Made by a program: the position numbers and the translations under genes. This document shows, one piece after another, positions 47,690 to 57,407 of a stretch of DNA of 64,000 nt (position 1 is its first letter; each line of letters begins with the position of its first letter). Source of the DNA: a virus (taxonomy: Duplodnaviria > Caudoviricetes); IMG/VR virus record IMGVR_UViG_3300028048_000059, positions 93,490-157,489 of that record. One strand, given 5' to 3'. Below the pieces are notes generated by a model. The model saw only the letters and a list, made by a program, of their open reading frames with translations, was not told where the DNA came from and did not search any database.

Positions 47690-50410
47690 TTATAGGATAT
47701 AAAAACCGCCATTATCGTCTTCTCTAAACATATAATTGCCAATTTCTAATTGATTTTCAACAGCAAAGTTCGCGGCCCGCACCTTACCTTGCGTCATTGA
47801 GGCAATTGTTGTGCCTTGCTGGACAACCTTAAATCCAGTATTTGTAACTTGCGCTTTATATTCTGAATCCTCTTGACCTAATGTAAGCGTACCAACAAGC
47901 TTACCAGCATTATCTTCCAATTGATAATTTGCCCAAGCAGACGTACTTTCTTGATTTTGAATTTGCGTTAATGATAAACTTAAATTATCCGCGGTTTGCT
48001 TTAATTCACTTATCGATGACTGCATCCCACCCGTTGCTGTGGTAACTTCATTAGCTACTGTGGTAGAGATGCTATCAGCAAGTTGGGTAATATTTGATTG
48101 CATTGTTGTAATATTTTGGGTATTTACTGTTGTCGCTTCTGCTAATGTTGTAATTTGCCCGTTTACTTTATTAATAAGCAAGGATGCATCATTAATAGAT
48201 GGTATATAATCAATCTCTTTTGTGCCTTCTATTAGCATGAGATTTTCTATTGTAAAATAATCGCTAGTGCTTAAAGAAGAGTCGTACCCATCGGTTTGAA
48301 TATATAAAGCAAATTGTGTAGCTGTGGAATCAATTGTAAAAGTATGTACAATATGACCAGAGCGTTTTTGGTCCCACTTAGTAGTATATTGCTCAATGAT
48401 TTCATAAGAATTACGTTGCCAAGAAGAATTTTTATTACTATAAGTAGAAAGCTCTAACTTTCCGCCGTAAGAAGCCGACGTCGCTAAACTATATAATTTA
48501 CATGTATAATCAAAAGTAATTGTATAAGTTTTATTATTTTCTAAACCGGCTAACGAATTATCGCTTTGACTACCCATTCTATAAATAAGTGAAGATGTTG
48601 AGCGTCTTTTTTTCGATAAAGAAAAACCATGTGAAACGTTATTACTACTAATTATATCATTATCATTGATATAAGAGTCTGATACTTGCTCTACTAATTT
48701 TGGCCATGTAGTTGTATCGTTCGGATCTAATGGCGTAGATGTGTTTACAATTAAATTTTCTGTATTTTTTAATTGCAACGCTTGATCATAATAATCTTCC
48801 GGCGCTGGTTTCCAGTCAGTAACAACGTTGCCAAACTCTAACTGAGGCTGCCGCACATATAATGGAGAAGTAGAATTTGTGCTACTTGTATAAAAAAATA
48901 CACCGTAATGATTTGCATCTTCATCATCGCCGCCGCTAGTAAAATCATCTGGCACATTTATAGTAATGGACAATCGACACCATTCATTATCTACTTTGGT
49001 TCCATGCACACTTGTATTAGCCAAATTCACACTTTTATATGTGCGGCGTGTGTTACTTGCGTTAAACGAGCCCATACCCATTGTAAATTTATTAGGATTA
49101 GTTGCTAATTCACTCGCTTTAACCCAAGCAGATAGCGTCATTTGTTGCCCATTCATTCGAGATATGTTAACGTATGGCATATGTATATTAAATGCTATCC
49201 AATCACTTTGGGCAGGGATTATTGCACTAACATATTGTTCATCATCGGTTTCAAAAGTAATTGAACTATTCCCGCCAATAAATGGTAATCCATAATTCAA
49301 ATCCTTCGTATGCCGCAATAAATTTCTTCCGCCAATTTCTAGCGTGCTGCCAAAAGCTGCGGATTCAAGAGTAGAAATGCGGCCTTCAAAATTGATGTCC
49401 TTGGCATTTAGCGCATCAACTGAATCATTAATAGTAGATATATTAATCGCATTGACTGTTGAGCGAGCGTCCGCAGAGCTAGCTACAAGTTCAGTTGTCT
49501 TTGCTGTATTATAAGCTTCAATTATACATTCATTATAATTTTTGCCGTTATGATATAAAGGATGTGCAGGTAATAATGTAAAAGCCTCATCATATCCGGC
49601 CGCTTTTATCTTTGATAAGCCAATCAATAAAGCATCTGGTATATCAGAAGGTCCATTATTTAAATCATGTGTATACCATTTCGTTGCATTAGCAATAGTA
49701 AATATATTATTATTTATAGTGCCGTGCAAAAAAACTGGAAGTGCGCCTTCTGTAAGACCAGTCTCAAAAAATGGGAATATATTTGCATTATAAAACATAT
49801 AACCTATCTCGTCATCATTACTTTTAATGAAAACTAACGGTTTATCTAATTCAAAACTAACATTTTTATCTATTTTTATCAATGCGTTATTATATACACC
49901 CATAATTTTCCCGGCTTGTTTTGCAGATATATCAGTTGCTAAATTTTTTAAAGGTATGACTAATTTATCATATGTTGGAATAGTGTCTATTCCACCTAAA
50001 ATCATCCATCCAGATCCTAGTAAAATACCGCTAGAATCTACAATGTGTTCTTTATAAATCAATAATAATGTTTTTGCAAATAGATCTTGACTTTCATCTA
50101 TAAGAATAAAAGAATTACAATCTTTATAAATTCGTAATGATGGAGTTGAAGAGCCATCTTTTAAATTTAATGTTAATTCAATACGACATCTTTGTGATAT
50201 AGATGAAGGTAATGCAGGCATCGAAAATAATATTGCTTGGCCATCTTGTAATTGAGATATTTGTGCATTACCAGTTAATTTATAAATATTATCTACATAG
50301 GCGCCAGAGCCATCAATAGTAATCATACTCGACACGGCTTGATCAATATAATTCATCTTCTCCGCCGTAATCAATTCACCGGTAGACCACCTATCTTGTG
50401 GATAAGCCAT
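47690..50410 (-). CDS. Tail fibre/host-specificity protein
   Basis: IGGRNLLR, LE.GN..TDW.PAPED motifs; C-terminal coiled coil with QTAD. Confidence 0.75.
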   Translation of the reverse strand: MAYPQDRWSTGELITAEKMNYIDQAVSSMITIDGSGAYVDNIYKLTGNAQISQLQDGQAILFSMPALPSSISQRCRIELTLNLKDGSSTPSLRIYKDCNSFILIDESQDLFAKTLLLIYKEHIVDSSGILLGSGWMILGGIDTIPTYDKLVIPLKNLATDISAKQAGKIMGVYNNALIKIDKNVSFELDKPLVFIKSNDDEIGYMFYNANIFPFFETGLTEGALPVFLHGTINNNIFTIANATKWYTHDLNNGPSDIPDALLIGLSKIKAAGYDEAFTLLPAHPLYHNGKNYNECIIEAYNTAKTTELVASSADARSTVNAINISTINDSVDALNAKDINFEGRISTLESAAFGSTLEIGGRNLLRHTKDLNYGLPFIGGNSSITFETDDEQYVSAIIPAQSDWIAFNIHMPYVNISRMNGQQMTLSAWVKASELATNPNKFTMGMGSFNASNTRRTYKSVNLANTSVHGTKVDNEWCRLSITINVPDDFTSGGDDEDANHYGVFFYTSSTNSTSPLYVRQPQLEFGNVVTDWKPAPEDYYDQALQLKNTENLIVNTSTPLDPNDTTTWPKLVEQVSDSYINDNDIISSNNVSHGFSLSKKRRSTSSLIYRMGSQSDNSLAGLENNKTYTITFDYTCKLYSLATSASYGGKLELSTYSNKNSSWQRNSYEIIEQYTTKWDQKRSGHIVHTFTIDSTATQFALYIQTDGYDSSLSTSDYFTIENLMLIEGTKEIDYIPSINDASLLINKVNGQITTLAEATTVNTQNITTMQSNITQLADSISTTVANEVTTATGGMQSSISELKQTADNLSLSLTQIQNQESTSAWANYQLEDNAGKLVGTLTLGQEDSEYKAQVTNTGFKVVQQGTTIASMTQGKVRAANFAVENQLEIGNYMFREDDNGGFYIL

Positions 50411-50437
50411 ATATTCTACCTCCTTTTAACTAAAAAT

Positions 50438-50463
50438 AAAAAGAGTATTGCATTGCAATACTC
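50438..50463 (-). terminator. Intrinsic terminator
   Basis: GAGTATTGC/GCAATACTC stem plus U-tract. Confidence 0.8.
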
Positions 50464-51031
50464 AATAAGTTAATAATTGATTATTCTTTGATAAGCCATA
50501 ATCAATTAAACGCAATCCTAAACTTGCATGATAACCAATATTTGAAGGATTGCGTAATATGTCATCACTTTGTAAATCATACGTTTCACAAAATGCTATT
50601 ACGTCACTATAAAAACCTATTAAATCACTATCGTTAATGTGGTGTTTCGCCGCAAATATTCCTACCAACATATTCAATTCTCTTTCATTATATTTCCACA
50701 CTTCTTCTCGCTTCATAAGAGGAGTAAAAATAGGAAAAACAATTGTAGGAGGACAATGAGGTTCATTTGTTTTAATATCAACAATTGGCGCAATGATTTT
50801 TTGATCTACCAAATCAACTTGCTTCCAAAGAAGAATTTCATTATACTGTTGCAAAATTGCTTGCTGATATGATGGCGGCAAAACGCTAATTTTTCTTAAC
50901 AGTTCTGCCCCGCCATCAGTGTTCACCGATGTCGGGTGCGGAAATACATTAATCTTTAAATAATCATCATGCCAAGGCACATATTTTGTAGCAAGCCCAC
51001 ACGCATAATATTTAATCTGTCTGGTTGCCAT
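50462..51031 (-). CDS. Protein-kinase-like-fold protein
   Basis: G..K.V....YLK, NE..LW and D.....NIG...LIDYG motifs. Confidence 0.55.
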   Translation of the reverse strand: MATRQIKYYACGLATKYVPWHDDYLKINVFPHPTSVNTDGGAELLRKISVLPPSYQQAILQQYNEILLWKQVDLVDQKIIAPIVDIKTNEPHCPPTIVFPIFTPLMKREEVWKYNERELNMLVGIFAAKHHINDSDLIGFYSDVIAFCETYDLQSDDILRNPSNIGYHASLGLRLIDYGLSKNNQLLTY

Positions 51032-51449
51032 TTAGAAGCTCCTCAATCTTCTTGTCACGACGCTCTTTGTTGCTGCTCCACCTATCACCAATAATATTAA
51101 TCACTTCTACAATATGATCGAGTTTTTGATCTAGATCATAGAAGAACCTTGTTGCCGCCTTAAAGAAAGACTTACATAGCTTATCCTTCATGCGGCTATA
51201 CGCAATTAGCTTTCCAATCTGTGGATCAAACTTATCGGTGGGCGCGCACTTAGCAATACCAACAAAACGATGGTTCATGAATGGTGGATTTTTAAAATAA
51301 CTCATCGAGATAACTGCATCGTTATCCTTTTGTAGACTATTAAAGAAAGCAATAAAAAGATCATTTGGTTCATCATAATAGCAACGCACTTCGCGCTTCT
51401 CTTCATTTACAACATATTTACAATCTTGCGGTTTAATATTAATCCTCAT
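51012..51449 (-). CDS. Hypothetical phage protein (G.AKC.P.D.FD...G..IA..R)
   Basis: Recurrent phage motif. Confidence 0.65.
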   Translation of the reverse strand: MRINIKPQDCKYVVNEEKREVRCYYDEPNDLFIAFFNSLQKDNDAVISMSYFKNPPFMNHRFVGIAKCAPTDKFDPQIGKLIAYSRMKDKLCKSFFKAATRFFYDLDQKLDHIVEVINIIGDRWSSNKERRDKKIEELLNGNQTD

Positions 51450-51858
51450 AATTCCTCCTGACCCAAAGAATTACATTGTTAGGTTGAAAATGTATCTTTG
51501 CTGCCTGTAATGTTTCATAATTGTATAAAAAATTAATTGGGTAGTCATTATTTTGAAAAGATGTGACATAATCTTTAATTCTAGTATTACATTCATTTAA
51601 TCCAAAAAAATCACCATAATAATTATGTGCAAAATAAAGGCATGTAATACCAGTATCTTCTTTGGTTAAGAAAATTTTTCCTAGGAGTTCTTCTTCCCTT
51701 TTGTATTGCGGAGTTAGTTTTAAAATTTCTTTAAAATATCTATAAGCGAAAGGAAAAGTGTGCTGAAAAACCTTACTAATATGCGGCCGCTGGCAACACA
51801 CAGGATAACAAATAAGACCGGGTGCGGCAAAATAATCCCCTTGCGCAATCTTATACAT
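51439..51858 (-). CDS. Degenerate macrodomain-like protein
   Basis: M..I.QGD.F, I..PV.C, FP.AY, LLG and YG spacing of macrodomains; Gly-rich loops missing. Confidence 0.4.
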   Translation of the reverse strand: MYKIAQGDYFAAPGLICYPVCCQRPHISKVFQHTFPFAYRYFKEILKLTPQYKREEELLGKIFLTKEDTGITCLYFAHNYYGDFFGLNECNTRIKDYVTSFQNNDYPINFLYNYETLQAAKIHFQPNNVILWVRRNYED

Positions 51859-51859
51859 A

Positions 51860-52669
51860 TTAAAACCTCTTGATAATTTCAATTTTAGGGTGATCGCCAT
51901 TGAAAATACTATTGGTTGTATACACTTTTGTAATAAGATTCGGGATATCAAGTAATGAGACGCCCTTAATATGCGGCCCGAGCACTGTTTTTTCGCAATG
52001 CGAAACCCATACATAGAGATTGTTGGCGCCGCGTTCTTTTAGTTCTCTTGCGGCCTCATATAGGGTAGAGCCGCGTGAAAGAATATCATCACACATAATA
52101 ATGTCATGGCCCGCAATCATATGACGTTCGCCCGCCACACGTAGAGATTCAATTTTTTGACTCTCCCAATCACGCACCTTTACGCCAAAAGCATAGGGTA
52201 CAGTGAAAAGAGAATGGAGCCGCTTCATTGATCCTTCATCGGGGAAGAAAAGTAGCGCATTTGGATATTGCTGAATCAGTTGCTGAATTTCATATTGCGG
52301 CGATTCAACTACAACTCTATCGAGTAGCGCAGGAGTTACAGAGGAATGAGGGTCATAAATTTTCACACGCTTAAAATTCATTTGATTAATAAGTTCACAT
52401 GAATATTTAAGGGTAAAAATTTCTTCCTTCTTTTTTGTGCGGTCTTGCCTACCATTGAATACATATGGCATATTCAGTGCAAGATCATAGTAAAAATTTG
52501 TATGTAGATGATTCACAACATATAGCAGATAAAGAAGTTCGCAATCATTTTCATATAACCAAGTAATTTCTACTTCTCCGCAACCGTATGACGGCAAAGA
52601 AAGTTTTGCACGGCAAGACCCATCATTATAGTGGTCAAATGTCACTGGCTCTTCATTGATTTTAATCAT
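51860..52669 (-). CDS. prs: Ribose-phosphate pyrophosphokinase-like protein (Prs/Adps-like)
   Basis: MPY....RQDR, DPHS, FPDEG, K.RD, DDI.S.G.T and SH.E motifs. Confidence 0.88.
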   Translation of the reverse strand: MIKINEEPVTFDHYNDGSCRAKLSLPSYGCGEVEITWLYENDCELLYLLYVVNHLHTNFYYDLALNMPYVFNGRQDRTKKKEEIFTLKYSCELINQMNFKRVKIYDPHSSVTPALLDRVVVESPQYEIQQLIQQYPNALLFFPDEGSMKRLHSLFTVPYAFGVKVRDWESQKIESLRVAGERHMIAGHDIIMCDDILSRGSTLYEAARELKERGANNLYVWVSHCEKTVLGPHIKGVSLLDIPNLITKVYTTNSIFNGDHPKIEIIKRF

Positions 52670-52803
52670 GGTAATTGGCCCTCTCAATATAATTTTTAAT
52701 AGCCATTTCTTCATAATTGGAGAATATGCATTCACAATACCAACACACAGGTTCAATTGTTTTTTGTATCATAAAACAATTGCTACAAACCAATTGGTTA
52801 TTT

Positions 52804-53262
52804 CTATTCTTCAACGACGCATACATTTTTTTCAGTCAGCATCCAAGTGAGAAAGTCCATCTTTGGGTCTGCACAATACTTGTTGCGCAGATTGTGTACC
52901 CAGTCATTCCATGTTTCTGGTGTATCGGTACTGGAAAAATTGTTCCACTCATAATTGCTTAGATATTTAATCGATTCTTCATATGGCGTCTTTTCAATGC
53001 ACCAAGTAGTATCCGCGGGAACCCAAACAAGATTCAAGTCATCCAAATTATTCATATGCGCTGGCATGGTATCAAAGCCAATAGATGGCAGGAAGGCTGC
53101 AAAATCATCTTCTGTGACTACTTTTTCACGTGAAGCCAGCCAAAATTTTATAATACGTTCGTCGCACGCATATTCAATACCGTGCCATGATCCCCATCCA
53201 AGGTCATTCTTACTGATAAGTACTCCGAAGCCATCGTGTCTATTATTCCAAAATAAATTCAT
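52804..53262 (-). CDS. Hypothetical phage protein
   Basis: GGAGG RBS; VL.S...G.GSW motif. Confidence 0.65.
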   Translation of the reverse strand: MNLFWNNRHDGFGVLISKNDLGWGSWHGIEYACDERIIKFWLASREKVVTEDDFAAFLPSIGFDTMPAHMNNLDDLNLVWVPADTTWCIEKTPYEESIKYLSNYEWNNFSSTDTPETWNDWVHNLRNKYCADPKMDFLTWMLTEKNVCVVEE

Positions 53263-53396
53263 AAATCCTCCATTATGAGTAGCTAAATTGTTTGCCGCAT
53301 TTTAGGCAAACACAAACATTTGTAATAGTGTGCGGCCGCTCTGCAAAACAAATTTTATATTTAATTGAATAATGAGAGGCGCCGCAAAAAGGACAC

Positions 53397-53606
53397 TTAA
53401 TTTTCATCAATTACCTCCGCAATGTCATGCAATAATTGTTTTAGTCCCTCTTCATATTGTTCTAACACTTCTGGTTTTGGATTGGCTCCATTTAGATAAT
53501 ATGTAATTGCATTAAAGTTACAACCACAATATTTACCTATAATTGTTTTTGAAATACCCAAACCACGTTTGTCTGTTAAGGTTTGGATTTTTTCCAACGT
53601 GGTCAT
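53397..53606 (-). CDS. Small HTH-like protein (resembles 55798-55998)
   Basis: GGAGG RBS; helix-turn-helix pattern. Confidence 0.55.
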   Translation of the reverse strand: MTTLEKIQTLTDKRGLGISKTIIGKYCGCNFNAITYYLNGANPKPEVLEQYEEGLKQLLHDIAEVIDEN

Positions 53607-54034
53607 TCCATCACCTCCACATTAGAGGAGGTAGAATTAAGCGCCTTTCTGCGTTTTTTCAATTTTTTAAAAAAATTTAAAAGCCGCAATTATCCATAAT
53701 ATAAGCGAAAAGAAAAAGAATGCCACCAACGCCTAACATTAATAGTAGGCCGTCAGCAATAAAACCAATCATAGATTACGTGTGATATAAATAGGGTGCT
53801 TTCGCTTATACCAACCAACTGCGCCAACGATACCTGCAATAATAAGGATGGTGCCGCCAATAATACAGAATACAATCATACGCGCGCCTCCATGTTTCGC
53901 TTTTCTCGAATGAGTGCATTGATAAGTCTGCGATTGGCAACAGGGTCCTTAGCTGTAAGCATATTAATACGATACTCAATCTTTGCTAGCATTGCTTCCT
54001 TAGAAAAAGTCATAATTTATATCTCTCCTTATTT

Positions 54035-54262
54035 TTAATCTACTGTATAACCCCAAAATTTATAAACAACAATATTGTCAGTGATATGATCTGCAAGATA
54101 CAGAACGCCGCAACTCTCGGTCCACATTTTCATATCTTCAACTTCACTACCATAGATAGGGCAATAGAAAATGCGCTCACCATTTGCTTGTGCGGCCGCC
54201 ATCTTTTCATTCAACTTAGCCCAAATTTTTGGCTCCCGCTTCTTCTTCTTTTTAAAGAACAT
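54035..54262 (-). CDS. Hypothetical protein
   Basis: AAGGAG RBS. Confidence 0.6.
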   Translation of the reverse strand: MFFKKKKKREPKIWAKLNEKMAAAQANGERIFYCPIYGSEVEDMKMWTESCGVLYLADHITDNIVVYKFWGYTVD

Positions 54263-54264
54263 AA

Positions 54265-54684
54265 CTACTCCTTATAAAATTTTTCTTCAACATAACCACC
54301 ACGGGTAGTGTAACAAATCGTGCGAACACCTAAATCTCGGAGCAGATGCTCACAAGACTTGCAACATTTGGATTCTGCCAGTGTACCATCCTTCAACTCA
54401 CGATACACATAGATGATAACGTCTTTGAAATCGATGTCGAGCCAACGAATTTTACGGTACAGGTTGGTTTCTGCGTGCGCCCGTGCCGGCTTCAACATGA
54501 TGTCGTTTTTGTCTTCAATACGGTAACGATTGTAGTAGTACTGGGTTGTGTTGGTTTTTGCAGTATTGTGTGCGCGAGCAAGAATAATTTTGTCCTTGTA
54601 AACTGCAATCGCTCCCAAATGCGCGCCCTCATAGTCCGACAAGTGGCTTTCCTTCTTTGCTTCTTTAAAAAATCTTTTTTTCAT
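54265..54684 (-). CDS. Zn-dependent cytidine/dCMP/TadA-fold deaminase
   Basis: HLGA, AHN, AHAE and SKCCKSC motifs; own promoter at 54713-54741. Confidence 0.8.
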   Translation of the reverse strand: MKKRFFKEAKKESHLSDYEGAHLGAIAVYKDKIILARAHNTAKTNTTQYYYNRYRIEDKNDIMLKPARAHAETNLYRKIRWLDIDFKDVIIYVYRELKDGTLAESKCCKSCEHLLRDLGVRTICYTTRGGYVEEKFYKE

Positions 54685-54765
54685 TGTGTGTCCTTTCTTG
54701 CTTTCTGTAATTATTATAGCGCAATTTTGGGATTTTGTCAAGTTATTTGCGGCGTGAGCCGCCAT

Positions 54766-54980
54766 ATTTTTACTTTTATTTTTAATATCTTTATTTTAAC
54801 ATATTTTTATAGATATTTATATTTCTGTATGAAAAAATCTGGTGTTATGTATGTTTTTTTCATACAACTTTAAAAGTTGTGTGATTTTATCGGCTGAGTT
54901 GTATGAAAAAATCATACAACTTTAAGAAAGTTGTATGAAAAAACATGGCAATCCAATGTATGAAAAAATCATACAACTTT
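54766..54980. repeat. Array B: AT-rich tract (54766-54826) plus about 6 copies of dyad GTTGTATGAAAAAATCATACAAC
   Basis: Direct inspection. Confidence 0.8.
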
Positions 54981-55014
54981 CTCCGCAAGATATTCTTTTC
55001 GGCGCCAGCCGACA

Positions 55015-55227
55015 TATTTTTGTTTCCTTGTTTTTGTTTTATATTTGTTAGTATATCTGTATATATCTGTTACTGTATTCAAAATGACTACACTGTGTAG
55101 TCAAAATGACGGTGGGTGTATTCAAAATGACTACATTAAAAATCATTTTGATTGAGTGAATGTAGTCATTTTGAATGCAATGCCCGATGTGTGTAGTCAA
55201 AATGAATGTATTCAAAATGACTACATT
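55015..55227. repeat. Array C: T-rich tract (55015-55073) plus about 7 copies of dyad TGTATTCAAAATGACTACA
   Basis: Direct inspection; last copy overlaps the wHTH stop codon. Confidence 0.8.
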
Positions 55228-55571
55228 GAATGATTGCCTAATGGATAAAATGTATAACCTTTATTATTATCATTCTTTCTCAAATAGTTCAAAGAAACCA
55301 GAGTTTTGAATCCTCTTTGAGCGGTAGACTCGCTAATGTTAAAATATTGTTCTAATGCCGCGGGAGAGTAGTAAAAAGAAGCGTTAGTAATTCCATTAAA
55401 TTTCATAAGATATAACCAAATTTTAAACTCATTACCGTTTAGCTCACTAGTAACTAAAACTAATTGTTCCCATCTTAAAGAATGCAAAAAATCTTTATCA
55501 TTATCACGGCTCCAAATTTTATTTATTTCTGCCGAATTATTATAAATCTCCTTTTGATTAAAATAATTCAT
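55221..55571 (-). CDS. Winged-HTH protein (RepL/initiator N-domain-like)
   Basis: L.GNEFKIWLYL...SP.......ISEST.QR.FK.L....YL pattern. Confidence 0.65.
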   Translation of the reverse strand: MNYFNQKEIYNNSAEINKIWSRDNDKDFLHSLRWEQLVLVTSELNGNEFKIWLYLMKFNGITNASFYYSPAALEQYFNISESTAQRGFKTLVSLNYLRKNDNNKGYTFYPLGNHSM

Positions 55572-55603
55572 TAATAATCAACCTCGTTTGTTAGTTTTTA
55601 GTG

Positions 55604-55783
55604 TCAGGATTGTTTAGTATCCTGGATTAATTGTGCGGCCGCATTTCGCAAAGCCGTTGTTTCTTCAAAATAATACACCTTAAAACCCTGATGTTTTCTA
55701 TTTGGCGCAATATTAATTAATTTAAATCCTTGCCTTTCAAGAATATAGGCGATCCGCCTCGAAAAAATAGGATATAGTGTCAT
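55604..55783 (-). CDS. Small DUF5659-like protein (MTLYPIFSRRIAYILERQGFKLI...), paralog of 3522-3707; not in ORF track
   Basis: Hand translation, 59 aa; AAGGAG RBS. Confidence 0.7.
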   Translation of the reverse strand: MTLYPIFSRRIAYILERQGFKLINIAPNRKHQGFKVYYFEETTALRNAAAQLIQDTKQS

Positions 55784-55797
55784 CGTATCTTTCTCCT

Positions 55798-55998
55798 TTA
55801 AATATCAAGATTGACCCAAAATTCTTTTAACTTTTTTATTTCTTCGCGTAAAGCTTGTTCTGTGTCAATTGACATATATTTGCTCGCGCCAGCAACCCAT
55901 TTTTGTACAGTTGATGGTGCCTTGTCTACTTTTTTAGCTAGTATTGCAATTGGATATCCAATATCACGAATTTGTCTTAGTAGTTCTTGCGTGGTCAT
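55798..55998 (-). CDS. Cro/XRE-type HTH protein
   Basis: LAKKVDKAPSTVQKWVAG; GGAGG RBS. Confidence 0.7.
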   Translation of the reverse strand: MTTQELLRQIRDIGYPIAILAKKVDKAPSTVQKWVAGASKYMSIDTEQALREEIKKLKEFWVNLDI

Positions 55999-56079
55999 AA
56001 TGCCACCTCCAAATTAATTGTGGCTACGCTATCCGCCGATCAGCGTATTTTACACCCAAATATTGCGGTGTAGCTGCCA

Positions 56080-56266
56080 TAGTTTTATTTTATCTATATT
56101 TTATTTATATTATATCTATATTATATTTATATTACTCTGGTAATTTTTACAGGAGGGTACTGTAAAAATTACCGTAACCTGCGGTAAAAATTACCAGAGC
56201 ATTCTGTAAAAATTACCGTAATCCTATGGCAATTTTTACCGCATTCAATGCGGTAAAAATTACAGT
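56080..56266. repeat. Array D: AT-rich tract (56080-56137) plus 6 copies of GTAAAAATTAC in both orientations
   Basis: Direct inspection. Confidence 0.8.
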
Positions 56267-56547
56267 ACAACGCTTCTATTATATGGTATACCGTTTTTCC
56301 GGATAGACGTTTAAAGACTGTCCGGATTTCCGGTATAGGTTGGCCGCTACGTTATTCGCCGACTAGCGTATTTTCGGACTGATCGGTCCGATTTTTATAA
56401 CAATGAATGGCACGAAAATCGTACCATTCAGATGGCAGTTATCTTGTGATTTTTACACTTTCTTCTTTTTTTAAAAATTTTTTAATAAAAATAGAATGCA
56501 GAGGCACAATTAATAGCCAAAGTTCATATAAAAACTTTGGCTTAAAA

Positions 56548-56952
56548 TCAATCCCACAACATAAAAAAATGCTTTCCAACATCCGTCAGAACTTCTTCTG
56601 CAAGCTGTTCTCGCCGTTCTCGTTCCTTCATTCCAAACCTATTTACCCAATTCTCTTCCTGCAAAAATTCCAACTTAAACGCCGTATCATTAAGCCACTT
56701 ATGCCACGATTCCAAAGTAGGAAACTCATCATTGCCTGGGTATCCTATACCATATTTAGCAATATGTCGTAGCATCTTTGGTAAAATGAACAGCATCCAA
56801 GTATCCATATTCCAAATATCGGTATAGCAAAAACCATATCGTGCCCTATAAATCATGTTTTTGATGCCACGAAAAACATCTGCAACCCATACCCATGGGT
56901 GCCAAAAATAATAACGAGGAGTATATGAAAAAATAAAACAATTCATAATCAT
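56548..56952 (-). CDS. Hypothetical phage protein
   Basis: D.WN.D...GYP...LWD motif. Confidence 0.65.
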   Translation of the reverse strand: MIMNCFIFSYTPRYYFWHPWVWVADVFRGIKNMIYRARYGFCYTDIWNMDTWMLFILPKMLRHIAKYGIGYPGNDEFPTLESWHKWLNDTAFKLEFLQEENWVNRFGMKERERREQLAEEVLTDVGKHFFMLWD

Positions 56953-57407
56953 GTCTCCTTGATTATATTAATTTTATCCCATCCTTCGAACCACGCAGGA
57001 TAGGTCATTTGTTTCTTCATTCTGTGCATAGCTTCTTGCGGCACAACCCTATCACGCATTCCATTGCGGCGACAGCATTCATCATAGGGAGTAGCAAACA
57101 TTAGGGCGCACAGATAAACACCGGGGGTAGCATTGCGAAAGAACTTGACTAGCCGCAGGCGGTCCTTGCGCTTAACATTCGTTGCGCAAATAATAACCGA
57201 GTGGCCGCCATTGATTGCGCTCACTGCTCGCTCGTATAGCACGTCAAAAATAGCTTTGGGATTGCACTGTGTGGCCGCATCGCCGCATAGTTCTTCTCTA
57301 ATGTCATCGCTATCTAAAACAACATAATTCGTCTGCTGGCGGGCCCACGTTGTTTTTCCGCTACCCGGCAGGCCAACAGTAACAATAATTTCTTGTTCTT
57401 TCTTCAT
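56949..57407 (-). CDS. Polynucleotide-kinase-like P-loop protein (AAA_33)
   Basis: GLPGSGKTT, SD.IR, ATN....R, RN..RDR.VP and EGWD motifs. Confidence 0.85.
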   Translation of the reverse strand: MKKEQEIIVTVGLPGSGKTTWARQQTNYVVLDSDDIREELCGDAATQCNPKAIFDVLYERAVSAINGGHSVIICATNVKRKDRLRLVKFFRNATPGVYLCALMFATPYDECCRRNGMRDRVVPQEAMHRMKKQMTYPAWFEGWDKINIIKET

